Shown piece by piece: positions 9,733 through 19,316 of a DNA stretch of 64,000 nt. Origin of the DNA: an uncultured Pseudomonadales bacterium. GTDB lineage: Bacteria; Patescibacteriota; Microgenomatia; UBA1400; PJMF01. How positions within the stretch are numbered: the first letter of the stretch is position 1; each line of letters starts with the position of its first letter. Under the pieces are notes generated by a model that saw nothing but the letters and a program-made list of their open reading frames with translations, was not told the DNA's origin and made no database searches. Position numbers and translations under genes: made by a program. The DNA lies in the NCBI GenBank assembly GCA_964574595.1, contig CAZNOF010000003.1:80280-144279 (forward strand), written 5' to 3'.

Positions 9733-10176
9733 TTAGCGTAAACTACGCTTGCCTCGTAGCAAGATGAGTATCACTGCCGCTGGTATTGCCATGATAAGGA
9801 AGAATACTAGGCCAATATCAAGATCAATACTCACTCCAAGAAACAACGTTAGTGCGCCGAGCAGAAATGCTCCAACCATCATAATGACGGCTTGAGTGGT
9901 GGAATAGGCAGTTCGGCCAATAGGCCGCTGACCTTTTATAAACTTTTGAGCTGCTGGCCCCCTTGTAACCAAAGACAGTATTAAAAGAACTACAGTAATG
10001 GCAATTACTTCGGGAGACTTTACAGCATCAAGGAGATTCTGAAAGTGAATTTGACTCAGAAGCTTTCCTACTTGGTCAGCAACTGTAAGAATTATGAGAA
10101 GGATTACCCAAATTCCAAACAGTGGACCGCAGCCAGAAGGAGATTCATCAAAAATGATCACTACAATCTTCCGCAT
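9733..10176 (-). CDS. Polytopic membrane protein, unknown function
   Basis: The 147-aa ORF has about four hydrophobic helices. Confidence 0.4.
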   Translation of the reverse strand: MRKIVVIIFDESPSGCGPLFGIWVILLIILTVADQVGKLLSQIHFQNLLDAVKSPEVIAITVVLLILSLVTRGPAAQKFIKGQRPIGRTAYSTTQAVIMMVGAFLLGALTLFLGVSIDLDIGLVFFLIMAIPAAVILILLRGKRSLR

Positions 10177-10358
10177 GAGGTTTCTAACCTTTCTTTACTT
10201 TTTAAGGACAAATGAGACGAATTTGACTGATTCAGCAAATGAATCACTTCGACATACTTGAGCAAAGTAATTATACCACTTTGAGCTATTTTAATGCATT
10301 TTATACACACAAATGTAAATACTTCTTTATTACTTATAAAAATGATAAAATCACAGCT

Positions 10359-11654
10359 ATGTCAAAACTAGTGAAGCGTATGCGGCAAGCATTTGCGTTG
10401 TTTTTTTCAATGTTTTTTATTGTTGCGCCTACTTTAGCTAGTTCTCAAGCATATGCAGCGGTTTGTGGAGAGCAAACAGCATCTGGTATGCCTACTTTTT
10501 GTTCTATTGGGTACCACACGGAACCCACTGTGAACATGTCTTGTCCCTTCCCATCGGCGTGTTATCAAGGTTCAAACCCCGCACCAGCGGAGTGTTCTTG
10601 GAGTGTGAATTCCAGTGGTAAACCAACCTATTGCTGGTCTTTTAAAGAATCAGATCCCAACATGCCTTTAATTAAGAATAGTCATCTGCGATTTAACTGT
10701 GTTAATCGCGGAAATATTAATGACTGTGGTGGCATTTTGGCCCAGATGGGTATGCAAACCACTGGTTTTAACTACCAAATCGTTGACCCAAATACCCTAC
10801 CTGGAAATACTCAACCTGGAGACTGTGGTCCAAACTGTCACTTTCAATGTGTCAGCATGGATTACAACCAAGCGAACATTCGCGACTTTATGATGGCTCA
10901 AGGAGTAAGACAGTGTTTACAAACAATAAGTGCTGGCGCAGGTGCAGCCGGTGGAATTGTTGCCGGGCTTGGAGCGGGATTTGCTTTAGTTCCTCTAGCG
11001 GCTGGTAATAGTCTCACAATGCTTGGAACGGTAGTTACTGCGAACGCTGCAGAACTTGGCCTTTCAGGGGCGGCTGGGAAAGCTGCACTCGATCAAGCTA
11101 AAACATGCTTAGCTACATTAAATGGTACAAACGGCCAGAGCTTGCTCGACTGGAATGGATCTGTCACCTCAGCCGACGGTACACAAACCTACTGCAACGC
11201 CAAAACCACATTAACAATGAACACAGCATTCAACGTGATTGGAAATACCACTACTCCTCCAACCACCAATCCAGATAGTCCCTTTAGTTTATGTAATCAA
11301 ATTCCAGATGCTACGCAAAAGCAAAGTTGCCAAACCTGCAACTCTTCAAACGGCGGTGATGAGACAAACATAAAAGCCATTTGGACCTCAATCGGTTGTA
11401 TTCCTACTACTAGTGAAGGAATTGTTGGTTCGTTGGTCAAACTTGGTTTAGGAATTGCTGGAACTGCAGCAGTGCTGATGATTCTCGCTGGCGGCTTTAT
11501 GTTGAGTACTTCTCAAGGTGATACCAAACGAGTTGGTGAAGCCAAAGAGCTCGTCACCTCTGCGGTAATCGGCTTACTCTTTATCATCTTCTCTGTTACT
11601 CTGTTACAATTCATTGGAGTAAAACTGTTCCATATTCCAGGATTTGGGTCGTAA
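10359..11654 (+). CDS. Cys-rich secreted protein with C-terminal T4SS-pilin-like (TrbC/VirB2-like) membrane domain
   Basis: The start was chosen at MSKLVKRM, which has a signal-peptide-like N-terminus; the ORF-track start at 10239 is less likely. The mature part has more than 25 Cys. The C-terminus IAGTAAVLMILAGGFMLSTSQGDTKRVGEAKELVTSAVIGLLFI matches the motif shared by the tandem pilin paralogs at 16.7-20.5 kb. Confidence 0.5.
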   Translation: MSKLVKRMRQAFALFFSMFFIVAPTLASSQAYAAVCGEQTASGMPTFCSIGYHTEPTVNMSCPFPSACYQGSNPAPAECSWSVNSSGKPTYCWSFKESDPNMPLIKNSHLRFNCVNRGNINDCGGILAQMGMQTTGFNYQIVDPNTLPGNTQPGDCGPNCHFQCVSMDYNQANIRDFMMAQGVRQCLQTISAGAGAAGGIVAGLGAGFALVPLAAGNSLTMLGTVVTANAAELGLSGAAGKAALDQAKTCLATLNGTNGQSLLDWNGSVTSADGTQTYCNAKTTLTMNTAFNVIGNTTTPPTTNPDSPFSLCNQIPDATQKQSCQTCNSSNGGDETNIKAIWTSIGCIPTTSEGIVGSLVKLGLGIAGTAAVLMILAGGFMLSTSQGDTKRVGEAKELVTSAVIGLLFIIFSVTLLQFIGVKLFHIPGFGS

Positions 11655-11994
11655 TATGATTCACAAATTATTAGCAGGCGGAGCACCAGCCGGACCAGAT
11701 TTTAATAAGTTTAACCCATTGGTTATTGACCAATCTCCAAACGCGAATACATTTAATAGCCCCGGTGGTGTTATTACCAAAGCTCTCGACTACGCCTTCC
11801 CCATTGCCGGCATGATTCTTTTTGTAATGATTTTATGGGGTGGTTTTGAGATGCTGTCTGGCGCTACTTCTGCCAAAGGCAAAGATGCTGGCAAACAACG
11901 AATCACTGCGGCAGTGATTGGTTTTGTCTTACTGTTCGTTTCTTACTGGATGGCTAAGCTGCTTGAGCTCATTTTTGGCATTAAGATTTTTTAA
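11644..11994 (+). CDS. T4SS-pilin-like small membrane protein (paralog)
   Basis: It carries the same motif as the other pilin paralogs: MILWGGFEMLSGATSAKGKDAGKQRITAAVIGFVLL. Its start overlaps the upstream gene; an alternative start exists at 11656. Confidence 0.5.
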   Translation: MGRNMIHKLLAGGAPAGPDFNKFNPLVIDQSPNANTFNSPGGVITKALDYAFPIAGMILFVMILWGGFEMLSGATSAKGKDAGKQRITAAVIGFVLLFVSYWMAKLLELIFGIKIF

Positions 11995-11997
11995 TCG

Positions 11998-12693
11998 TTA
12001 CTTCCCAAAATTTCGTTTTCTGTTGGAATAGTTTGCCAAGGCTTTGTCGAACTCTTTTGGAGTGAAGTCAGGCATGAGTACTGGAGTGTAAAACCATTCC
12101 GCATAGACGGCTTGCCACGGCATAAAGCCAGATGAACGCTCCTCTCCGCCGGTACGAATGATTAAATCGACATCTGGAATTCCCCGTGTATCAAGCAATT
12201 CGCTAAACTCCGCTTCTTGGATAGTTGCCAATTTTTGTGGAGGAATATTGTGAATGGCACGCAAAATTTCGTCTCGGCCGCCATAATTAAGCGCAAAAGT
12301 AACCGTAATCTTGTTATTATCTTTGGAAATTTCTTGCCAGTGCTTAGCACCTTTTTGAATATCTTCGTCAAACTTAGACATATCACCAATAGTTCTTAAA
12401 CGAACGCCCTTTTTATGGAGCGCTTCGCTTTGTTTCTGAAAAGCTTGGCGAAATAAATTCATCAGACCTGTCACTTCTGCTTCATCACGTTTCCAGTTTT
12501 CAGTACTAAATGCCCACAACGTTAAGTACATAATGTTCAGTTCAATGCAGCGATCAACCAATGGTTCAATCACTTTCTCCGTCACATAGGCATGACCTTG
12601 CAATGCAGCCAGCTTATTTTGCTTAGCCCACCTGCGATTGCCATCCATAATAATTCCCACATGAGCTGGGAGATGTTCTATATTATTCGTCAT
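11998..12693 (-). CDS. uppS: Isoprenyl transferase (undecaprenyl-diphosphate synthase)
   Basis: The N-terminus HVGIIMDGNRRWA and the C-terminal RTGGEERSSGFMPWQ motif are UppS hallmarks. Confidence 0.9.
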   Translation of the reverse strand: MTNNIEHLPAHVGIIMDGNRRWAKQNKLAALQGHAYVTEKVIEPLVDRCIELNIMYLTLWAFSTENWKRDEAEVTGLMNLFRQAFQKQSEALHKKGVRLRTIGDMSKFDEDIQKGAKHWQEISKDNNKITVTFALNYGGRDEILRAIHNIPPQKLATIQEAEFSELLDTRGIPDVDLIIRTGGEERSSGFMPWQAVYAEWFYTPVLMPDFTPKEFDKALANYSNRKRNFGK

Positions 12694-13540
12694 AAATCAC
12701 GGTTCCCTTCACTGATTGATTCATTAGAATTTGATATAAACGATCTGGTGCTAAACCAGAAATAATCCGTGATTGGATGCCGAGCTTGGCTAATTTTAGA
12801 GACTCTTCTACTTTCAAACCCATGCCTCCCGTGACATCAAAACCTTTGGTTTCAGTCAGAGCATGCTGTAAGTCTGGCCAATTTTGCGAACTAATATGTG
12901 GCACTACATTTTTATTGACATCATAAAAACCTTCAACTTCTGCCACATGGATGATTTGTTTGACTTGCCACTTTCGTTTGACTAACTCCTGACCTAAAAA
13001 TGCCAAAACTTCTTCTGTTGACCACACCGTACACCCTTTCACTACATCTACTAAAACATCACCATAGGTAATCGGTAATAACTGTTTTTTGAGATACTCT
13101 TCACAGACATCGCCACAAAATGTTTGGGCAATTCGGTTGGAACTGAGCACCATATTACTGGCTGCCAGCGTGACCGCCGGCTGACCCAATTTCAAAAACT
13201 GCTCGACCACAATTCTATTTAGTTGGGCTGCCACATCTTGAACCACAGCCATGCCGTAAACACTTTCACTGTCTTTGAACCCATCCATGGTTTGATATTT
13301 CGCAGCGGGTGGATGGGCAAAACTGCCAGAACCATGACCTACTAAGAATAATTCATCTGGCAGAGCGGTTTTGGCTTTGACGATTTCTGCTACCAGACGC
13401 CTTAACAACTCAGCGCGCAAAGCCATTGGTTTTTCTTTATCAGTGATAATGGAGCCACCTAATTTAATCAAGGTGATGGAAGGCGTAGACATATCGTAGT
13501 AGTAATAGTCGGAAAAAAGAGCGGAAATCACGCACACCAA
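12683..13540 (-). CDS. Amino-acid kinase family protein, most consistent with isopentenyl phosphate kinase (IPK/FomA-like)
   Basis: The LIKLGGSIITDK glycine loop sits at the N-terminus of the kinase fold. The likely true start is the ATG at 13492 (MSTPSITLIKLGGS). It is adjacent to and overlaps uppS, giving an isoprenoid context. Confidence 0.45.
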   Translation of the reverse strand: MVCVISALFSDYYYYDMSTPSITLIKLGGSIITDKEKPMALRAELLRRLVAEIVKAKTALPDELFLVGHGSGSFAHPPAAKYQTMDGFKDSESVYGMAVVQDVAAQLNRIVVEQFLKLGQPAVTLAASNMVLSSNRIAQTFCGDVCEEYLKKQLLPITYGDVLVDVVKGCTVWSTEEVLAFLGQELVKRKWQVKQIIHVAEVEGFYDVNKNVVPHISSQNWPDLQHALTETKGFDVTGGMGLKVEESLKLAKLGIQSRIISGLAPDRLYQILMNQSVKGTVIYDE

Positions 13541-13543
13541 AAA

Positions 13544-13894
13544 TTACTTTTTAGCGGCGTGCCCCAATACAGAAGAAAATCTGAAGAATAAGTACAGCAA
13601 CAAAATTTGCCAGTAAATACAGAAAAAGGTGATCCAATCGGATAAAAACACTAATCCATCACAACCCCAAAAGTTGGACACACTGCAAGAAAAGAAGATT
13701 CTCACCAGTGGCACCACTGCAAATCGCCAACCAACTGTCAAAACTGCCAAGACCAAACTCGGAAACAACGTCATCCAAGAGAAGACTTTTTCTTGCTGCA
13801 AACTCTGCATCGTCTGGTAAGGATGCAGCAACAAGCCCTGTCCAATCTCTCCAACAGAGTACACGAGCGAAGTAGTAAGGTGTTTGTAGTTCAT
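13544..13894 (-). CDS. Membrane protein, unknown function
   Basis: The 116-aa ORF is hydrophobic and Trp/Phe-rich. Confidence 0.3.
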   Translation of the reverse strand: MNYKHLTTSLVYSVGEIGQGLLLHPYQTMQSLQQEKVFSWMTLFPSLVLAVLTVGWRFAVVPLVRIFFSCSVSNFWGCDGLVFLSDWITFFCIYWQILLLYLFFRFSSVLGHAAKK

Positions 13895-14019
13895 CAGACT
13901 AGATTGTACCAGGTGATATAATATGTATCAAATTACTCATTACTTGCTTTACATTGCTGAATCAGATCTAAAGTGATGAGTAATTCATCTTTAATAAGTT
14001 AAGAAAGGTTGTGAATACG

Positions 14020-14778
14020 ATGAAGAAGTTCTGGATCATTTTCGTCCCAGTCCGAGAAAGTGGTGGATTTGGAGGGTGGGTACTTCTTGTTATCCTGATC
14101 ATTATTGGGATTGTAGGTATCGTGAATCAGAGTGGCTCTGGTCGAGGTCCCGCTCGTCAAGTAATTGTTACAGCAACTCCGACCATTTATGTTACTTTAG
14201 ACCCACAGGCTCAGGCAATTGAGGCAACAAAGACATTTATCAGTTCATACTCAGTCGTACAGACAATTACATCAAGAAGGCCACCTGAATGTATTGAAAC
14301 TTCTAAAATGAAGGGAATACTAACTCAGGTCGCATTTAACGCAACTGATAACTATTTTTCATTGGTCACTGAAGACGGTAACAAAACATATCTTCTCAGC
14401 TGGTTTTTCAACTCCAGAACTGGGCTCAACCAAGAGTATCATTGTGGCAATGATGTTCAAGAATTCAATGGCAAAATAACATACGTGCGTTACGGATACT
14501 TCGATCAATCAGGCACAGCAAGCATCCTTCACAAAGTAGTAAGAACCGACAATCAGGGTATCGCAACTTATGATTTCTCTAGCATGACCAACGACAACAG
14601 TCCTGTGACATTGAGGTCAGATGATCAAAGCAAATGGTATAGTGCATCTAACTACCAAGTTACTCAGACAATAAACTGGCTAGGAACCACAAATGGGATT
14701 GCATACGTTTCACCAGAAAAACGATTCCTCGTATACCAAACAACCAATGGGGAAATTAATATTGCCTATCAGCAATAA
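14020..14778 (+). CDS. Membrane-anchored extracytoplasmic protein, paralog A (unknown function)
   Basis: The ATG at 14020 (MKKFWIIF...) follows the RBS AAGAAAGG. The N-terminal TM is similar to the 15805 gene. An extended -10 GTGATATAAT lies at 13914-13922. Confidence 0.45.
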   Translation: MKKFWIIFVPVRESGGFGGWVLLVILIIIGIVGIVNQSGSGRGPARQVIVTATPTIYVTLDPQAQAIEATKTFISSYSVVQTITSRRPPECIETSKMKGILTQVAFNATDNYFSLVTEDGNKTYLLSWFFNSRTGLNQEYHCGNDVQEFNGKITYVRYGYFDQSGTASILHKVVRTDNQGIATYDFSSMTNDNSPVTLRSDDQSKWYSASNYQVTQTINWLGTTNGIAYVSPEKRFLVYQTTNGEINIAYQQ

Positions 14779-14851
14779 ATTTAAACTCGAAGCTTAACTT
14801 AACAAAACGCCAGGTGGTACCCTGGCGTTTTTCATATCTATTCTTAAAAAC

Positions 14852-15049
14852 TTACTTGAGGAAAATTCGCACGATCAATGTTGTAATCCCCGATAAAATC
14901 AGTAATGTCTGCCAAGGATACTTACCTATTAAGGAAGTAATTGGATCAATTTGCTTTGGTAGCCAACGGACGGTATTTAGCGGTGCCTGCAAATTAGCTT
15001 GATGTTGCAACTCATTTAAAAATTGCTGTTGTGATTTGGATTTGGTCAT
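14852..15049 (-). CDS. Putative membrane-anchored anti-sigma factor (small single-TM protein translationally coupled to the ECF sigma gene)
   Basis: It has a 4-nt ATGA overlap with the upstream sigma gene. The C-terminal TM is LLILSGITTLIVRIFL. Confidence 0.4.
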   Translation of the reverse strand: MTKSKSQQQFLNELQHQANLQAPLNTVRWLPKQIDPITSLIGKYPWQTLLILSGITTLIVRIFLK

Positions 15050-15573
15050 GTGCTTTCTACTCCATACAACTCTCTAAACTCATCTCTAGCTCTGAATAAA
15101 ATAGACTCCACTGACTTGACGGAACGACCGGTTTCTTTGGCAATTTGGGCAACTTTCTTCTTATCTAAGTACTTCATTAGCAGAATTTCTTTATATTCTT
15201 GATTCATATGCTGCAGAACTGAAATGACGTGTTGGGAGATTTCTTCTGGATGCTGAACTGGTTCGGTGGTTAAAAACTCAGACAGAGGCAGGGCTAAAAT
15301 AAACTTTTTGGCATACCGCTTCCGGTAATAATCGGCAACTTCATGGTGTGCCACATGCATCATCCAAGTCCAAATACTTGATTCACCACGGAAAAGTGGC
15401 AGCGATTTCAAACAACTTAAGAAAATATCCTGGGTGACTTCTTCTGCATCTGAGGCTGTCACCACTTTTTTGAGAACATGCCGATACATCTTTTGATGAA
15501 ACAGCTCATACCACTCCCGCACCGCTCTAGGAGAAGCCTGCTTTAACTGCTGGAGCAAAAGCTCTTCATTCAT
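15046..15573 (-). CDS. ECF-type RNA polymerase sigma-70 family factor
   Basis: Sigma region 2 reads DIFLSCLKSLPLFRGESSIWTWMMHVAHHEVADYYRKR. Region 4 has an HTH (KKKVAQIAKETGRSVKSVESILFRAR). Confidence 0.85.
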   Translation of the reverse strand: MNEELLLQQLKQASPRAVREWYELFHQKMYRHVLKKVVTASDAEEVTQDIFLSCLKSLPLFRGESSIWTWMMHVAHHEVADYYRKRYAKKFILALPLSEFLTTEPVQHPEEISQHVISVLQHMNQEYKEILLMKYLDKKKVAQIAKETGRSVKSVESILFRARDEFRELYGVEST

Positions 15574-15804
15574 AGGAGTAGTTTACCACTAGGAGGGTAT
15601 TGAAAGCTTCCAAGCCAGATTTTGATGTGTAGGAAATGCTGTTTTTCTAACTTTAGAAGTAAATTCTAATAAGAACTGATACACTGTGATATAATTTAAT
15701 TGCTTGTAGAAACAAAGTAATACCAGATGCGGTATTGAAAACTCAATTCCTGAGTTTATGTTCTACGAGGACCCTTTAACAAGTTAAGAGAGGTTAAAAA
15801 ACTG

Positions 15805-16653
15805 ATGCGTAAGTTTCTGGTAATTCTCATTCCGATCGAAGCTGGACCGCAAGATCCGGGCTGCCTATTAAGAACAATCTTCGGAATCGTGATTTGGGGA
15901 GCATTCTTTGTAATACTGTTTTCAGGGATGTTCAGTGGAAATCAAAATAACAGAAATTCTCAACTGGACAACACCCATCTATCTGTCCCAACATCTATCC
16001 CAACATTAGTTCCATTTGGAGCTCGGATCATTTCAAATCAGGTAAGGACGATAGTTGGAGTACCTGATATCGAAGTGACTGATTTCCAAGGACTACAATA
16101 CAATCTGAAAGAATCAGTAGCCTCAGAAGTTTCTTGGTCTCCAAATGGATCAAAGATATTGTATCGCGGAGAAGAAAACTCAATTCGTGTCGTGAATATA
16201 GATGGAACAGGAGACCATCAAGTTGTACATTCTACGCCAGGAGATATTCTGAGTTTTACCTGGAATGATGACGAACACGTACTCTTCAAGCATTGCCCTT
16301 TCGATCAGCAGCACCAGGTATTTAATTGTGAATTGCAGTACTCAAATAGCGTAAGCTTAGATGGTAGAAGCGTTGCCCCAGACGGTTTTACTAGCAGCGC
16401 TGTAAACTTTAACGACAACAGGGTCTCTTTCAAAAACCATACTCCCCTAAATAACTTCGGAAGAGTAGCTTTTGGACCATATGGCTTTGATTCTGTAGAA
16501 TGTCTATATTGTCACTTCTTGGCTTTTGTTACTTGGAACGAATCTCCTGGACAAACAGGAAATCTGTATGTCGCAAGGGATGTTTATATCAAAGATCCCA
16601 ATCCTAGTACAACTAGCACTGGAACGTATCTATCAATTAACGGAATAAACTAG
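15805..16653 (+). CDS. Membrane-anchored protein with TolB/PD40-like beta-propeller repeats, paralog B of the 14020 gene at its N-terminus
   Basis: SWSPNGSKILYRGEENSIRVVNIDGTGDHQVV is PD40-like. It has an RBS AAGTTAAGAGAGGTT and an extended -10 TGTGATATAAT at 15685-15695. A terminator hairpin follows at 16673-16705. Confidence 0.45.
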   Translation: MRKFLVILIPIEAGPQDPGCLLRTIFGIVIWGAFFVILFSGMFSGNQNNRNSQLDNTHLSVPTSIPTLVPFGARIISNQVRTIVGVPDIEVTDFQGLQYNLKESVASEVSWSPNGSKILYRGEENSIRVVNIDGTGDHQVVHSTPGDILSFTWNDDEHVLFKHCPFDQQHQVFNCELQYSNSVSLDGRSVAPDGFTSSAVNFNDNRVSFKNHTPLNNFGRVAFGPYGFDSVECLYCHFLAFVTWNESPGQTGNLYVARDVYIKDPNPSTTSTGTYLSINGIN

Positions 16654-16672
16654 ATTCTCTTTTCTTGTAGCA

Positions 16673-16705
16673 AAAAATGCCTCTATAAACGAGGCATTTT
16701 TATTA
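16673..16705 (+). terminator. Rho-independent terminator after the 15805 gene, preceding the pilin array
   Basis: The stem aaaatgcctc/gaggcatttt has a tataaac loop and is followed by a T-run. Confidence 0.6.
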
Positions 16706-16757
16706 ACTAATTAGTGCTTCTTGGCATAAAAAAAATAAAATGTAGTATACTAACTAG

Positions 16758-17174
16758 ATGAAGAAATCTGGGATTAGTTTTATTATTATCTCGATTACAG
16801 CAATTTTTCTTGCCCTTTCTTTTTTTGTACCTCAAACAGTATTGGCAGCTAACACAAATTGTGACCCAACCTCAGCAGGCTTGAAGATTGGAGACTGTTT
16901 ACAACTTAGCGAGGGTCAACCAGTTAGTAGTGTTTATGACAAACCAGCTGTTCTCGTTAACCTCCTCACCAGTAATATCTTCATTGCTGGCGGAATTATT
17001 CTCTTAGTGATGATCATTTACGCTGGCTTTCAATTCATTACTGGCGGAGCTAAAGGCATGGAACAGGCCAAAAGTGTGCTTGGTACAGCTTTAATGGGCT
17101 TTATTATTATGTTTATGGCTTACTGGATCTTGAGAATTATCAAAATTATAACTGGAGCAAACATCCTTTTTTAG
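16758..17174 (+). CDS. T4SS-pilin-like (TrbC/VirB2-like) small membrane protein, tandem paralog 1
   Basis: A signal-like N-terminal TM is followed by two TM helices with the family motif AGGIILLVMIIYAGFQFITGGAKGMEQAKSVLGTALMGFII. Confidence 0.6.
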   Translation: MKKSGISFIIISITAIFLALSFFVPQTVLAANTNCDPTSAGLKIGDCLQLSEGQPVSSVYDKPAVLVNLLTSNIFIAGGIILLVMIIYAGFQFITGGAKGMEQAKSVLGTALMGFIIMFMAYWILRIIKIITGANILF

Positions 17175-17192
17175 ATAGTGTAAAATAGTCAT

Positions 17193-17582
17193 ATGATTTT
17201 AACTTTACTAGCAGACAGCGTATTTGGAACAATTAATCCACCGGCCGGTGTAAAAGAATTTGATGCCTCGCCAGGAGCAAATGGTCTTGGAATCATCGTC
17301 TTCTTCTCCAACTTAATCAAAATCGGTACCGTTATTGCCGGAATTTTAGTCTTCGTCAACATTTTGATGGCAGGCTTTACCTACGTGAGTGCTGCTGGAG
17401 ATTCAGGCACGCCAGATAAAGTTAAAGATCAAATTCTGCACAGCGTGATTGGTTTAGCCATTATCGTCTTGTCTTACTTAATCATTGCCTTAATTAGTTT
17501 CGTCCTCTTCAAAGATCCAGGATATATCTTAAATCCAACCATTACCGGGCCAGGAACATCAACTGCGCCAACAGGACCATAA
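17193..17582 (+). CDS. T4SS-pilin-like small membrane protein, tandem paralog 2
   Basis: Motif: MAGFTYVSAAGDSGTPDKVKDQILHSVIGLAIIVLSY. Confidence 0.6.
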   Translation: MILTLLADSVFGTINPPAGVKEFDASPGANGLGIIVFFSNLIKIGTVIAGILVFVNILMAGFTYVSAAGDSGTPDKVKDQILHSVIGLAIIVLSYLIIALISFVLFKDPGYILNPTITGPGTSTAPTGP

Positions 17583-17965
17583 TGACATCAAGATTAATTG
17601 CTGCAGAAACCAAACTCGGCACCTTTGAACCACCATCTACCATTTTAAAATCTTCAGATTTAACATCTGGAGCAGGTGTAACCACCAAGTTAGAAGCCGT
17701 TCTCTCTGAATTCCTAGGTATCGTCACCATCGTGGCCAGTATTGCTTTGATTTTCTACTTTATTATCGGCACTTTAAACTGGATTACCTCAAATGGTGAT
17801 TCCGGTAAAATTCAAAAAGCTCGTGAAGCCATGATTCAATCCGTATCTGGAATGGTCCTCGTTGTCGCTGCCTACGGCTTGATTGGCTTAATTGGCAACT
17901 TCTTAGGTCTTCACATTCTTAACCCAGGCACTGCTCTCTTAAATATCGTGAATGGAACGCCATGA
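17582..17965 (+). CDS. T4SS-pilin-like small membrane protein, tandem paralog 3
   Basis: It is start/stop-coupled to the previous gene (ATGA overlap). Motif: IIGTLNWITSNGDSGKIQKAREAMIQSVSGMVLV. Confidence 0.6.
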   Translation: MTSRLIAAETKLGTFEPPSTILKSSDLTSGAGVTTKLEAVLSEFLGIVTIVASIALIFYFIIGTLNWITSNGDSGKIQKAREAMIQSVSGMVLVVAAYGLIGLIGNFLGLHILNPGTALLNIVNGTP

Positions 17966-18399
17966 AAAAACAGTTTTTAAAAACTCTTACCGTTACAACT
18001 TCTTTTATTGGAAGTTCTGTCATTTTGCCAGCTCAAATCTTTGCAGCCGGTATCACCAACCCAGCCATTGGCTCATTGGGTGATAGTTCAACCAAAGCAG
18101 AAAGTGGTAGTACCTTTACTGGCTACTTCGTCACGATTTGGAGAGCCTTAATTTTTGTGGGCGTTTTAGCCTTACTCTTCAACTTACTCAATGGTGGGCT
18201 TGACTGGATTTTAGCTGGTGGTGAAGCCGCCAAAATTCAAAAAGGCCGTGACAAAATGGTCCAATCAGTTATTGGTATGGTCATTTTAGCCGGATCATTC
18301 GTAATTATTTCTTACGTCAGTAGTCTCTTATTTAACTTTGACTTGCTGAACTTAACTGTTCCTACTGTAGGGAGCGCAGGCCCAACCGGTACTCCATAA
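17962..18399 (+). CDS. T4SS-pilin-like small membrane protein, tandem paralog 4
   Basis: It has an ATGA overlap with paralog 3. Motif: LNGGLDWILAGGEAAKIQKGRDKMVQSVIGMVIL. Confidence 0.6.
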   Translation: MKKQFLKTLTVTTSFIGSSVILPAQIFAAGITNPAIGSLGDSSTKAESGSTFTGYFVTIWRALIFVGVLALLFNLLNGGLDWILAGGEAAKIQKGRDKMVQSVIGMVILAGSFVIISYVSSLLFNFDLLNLTVPTVGSAGPTGTP

Positions 18400-18406
18400 C
18401 ATATCT

Positions 18407-18796
18407 ATGAAACACACTCTCTTAGCTCAAACGCTGAATTTTCGACAAGAAGCCACTACACAGCAACTTCCTAATGCCGATGGCAACTTAGGATCTGCTT
18501 TAAGTACCGTGATTACTGCTGTGATGGCAATTGGTGTTTTAGCCGCCTTCATCTACATCGTGATGGGTGCTTTTGAGTGGATCACATCTGGTGGTGAAAA
18601 AGGCAAAGTTGAGTCAGCCAGAAATAAGATCACTGGGGCAATTATTGGCTTAATCGTCTTAGCATCTGTCTTTGTAATCATTCTATTAGTTCAAAACTTC
18701 TTGGGCGTGCAAGTGTTTACACTTGGTGGCGCAGCTACAACAACTACCAATGGTGGTGGCGGCGGTGGTTCCAGAATGGTACCAACCCAGTTCTAA
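18407..18796 (+). CDS. T4SS-pilin-like small membrane protein, tandem paralog 5
   Basis: Motif: VMGAFEWITSGGEKGKVESARNKITGAIIGLIVL. It has a Gly-rich C-terminus. Confidence 0.6.
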   Translation: MKHTLLAQTLNFRQEATTQQLPNADGNLGSALSTVITAVMAIGVLAAFIYIVMGAFEWITSGGEKGKVESARNKITGAIIGLIVLASVFVIILLVQNFLGVQVFTLGGAATTTTNGGGGGGSRMVPTQF

Positions 18797-18843
18797 GAAT
18801 TTTTATTAATAAAGAATGAATAAATAGTAGATCTCGAGTGGGC

Positions 18844-18871
18844 TTGACAGTTGCTAGAGGACTACTATAAT
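18844..18871 (+). promoter_or_regulatory. Near-consensus sigma70 promoter for pilin paralog 6
   Basis: TTGACA at 18844-18849 is followed by a 16-nt spacer and TATAAT at 18866-18871. The RBS AAGGAG and the GTG at 18902 lie downstream. Confidence 0.6.
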
Positions 18872-18901
18872 TAAATTACAGTAATTCAAAAAGGAGCCTT
18901 T

Positions 18902-19297
18902 GTGCAAATTTCATCCAGTATTCAACGAAAAATCGGTGTCGCCACCGGAGTCGCAGGTGCATTGTTAGCGAGTGTATCACCAGCTTTTGCTGCTACCACC
19001 ACTCAACAAATCAACTTGACCCCAAACACACCAGGCTTCTTCACCAACGCCAATGACTTAATTTCTAAATTACTTTCCATCGTGATGGTGATCGGCGTGA
19101 TCTTAGTGTTCGCCTTCTTAGTACTCGGTGGTATTGAGTACATCACTTCTGGTGGTGAAAAAGGTAAAACAGAAGCAGCTCGTAACAAAATTACTTCCGC
19201 TGTTATTGGTTTGATCATCTTAGCTTCTTCATATGCTATCTTGACTATCGTCTTAGGATTCTTAGGTACCAACACTACAGATATCTTGAAATTCTAA
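18902..19297 (+). CDS. T4SS-pilin-like small membrane protein, tandem paralog 6; candidate major pilin because it has its own promoter and terminator
   Basis: A GTG start is preceded by AAGGAG (18891-18896). Motif: VLGGIEYITSGGEKGKTEAARNKITSAVIGLIIL. A near-consensus sigma70 promoter sits at 18844-18871 and a perfect 12-bp-arm terminator at 19317-19350. Confidence 0.6.
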   Translation: MQISSSIQRKIGVATGVAGALLASVSPAFAATTTQQINLTPNTPGFFTNANDLISKLLSIVMVIGVILVFAFLVLGGIEYITSGGEKGKTEAARNKITSAVIGLIILASSYAILTIVLGFLGTNTTDILKF

Positions 19298-19316
19298 AAA
19301 TTAAATGAATATGTTA

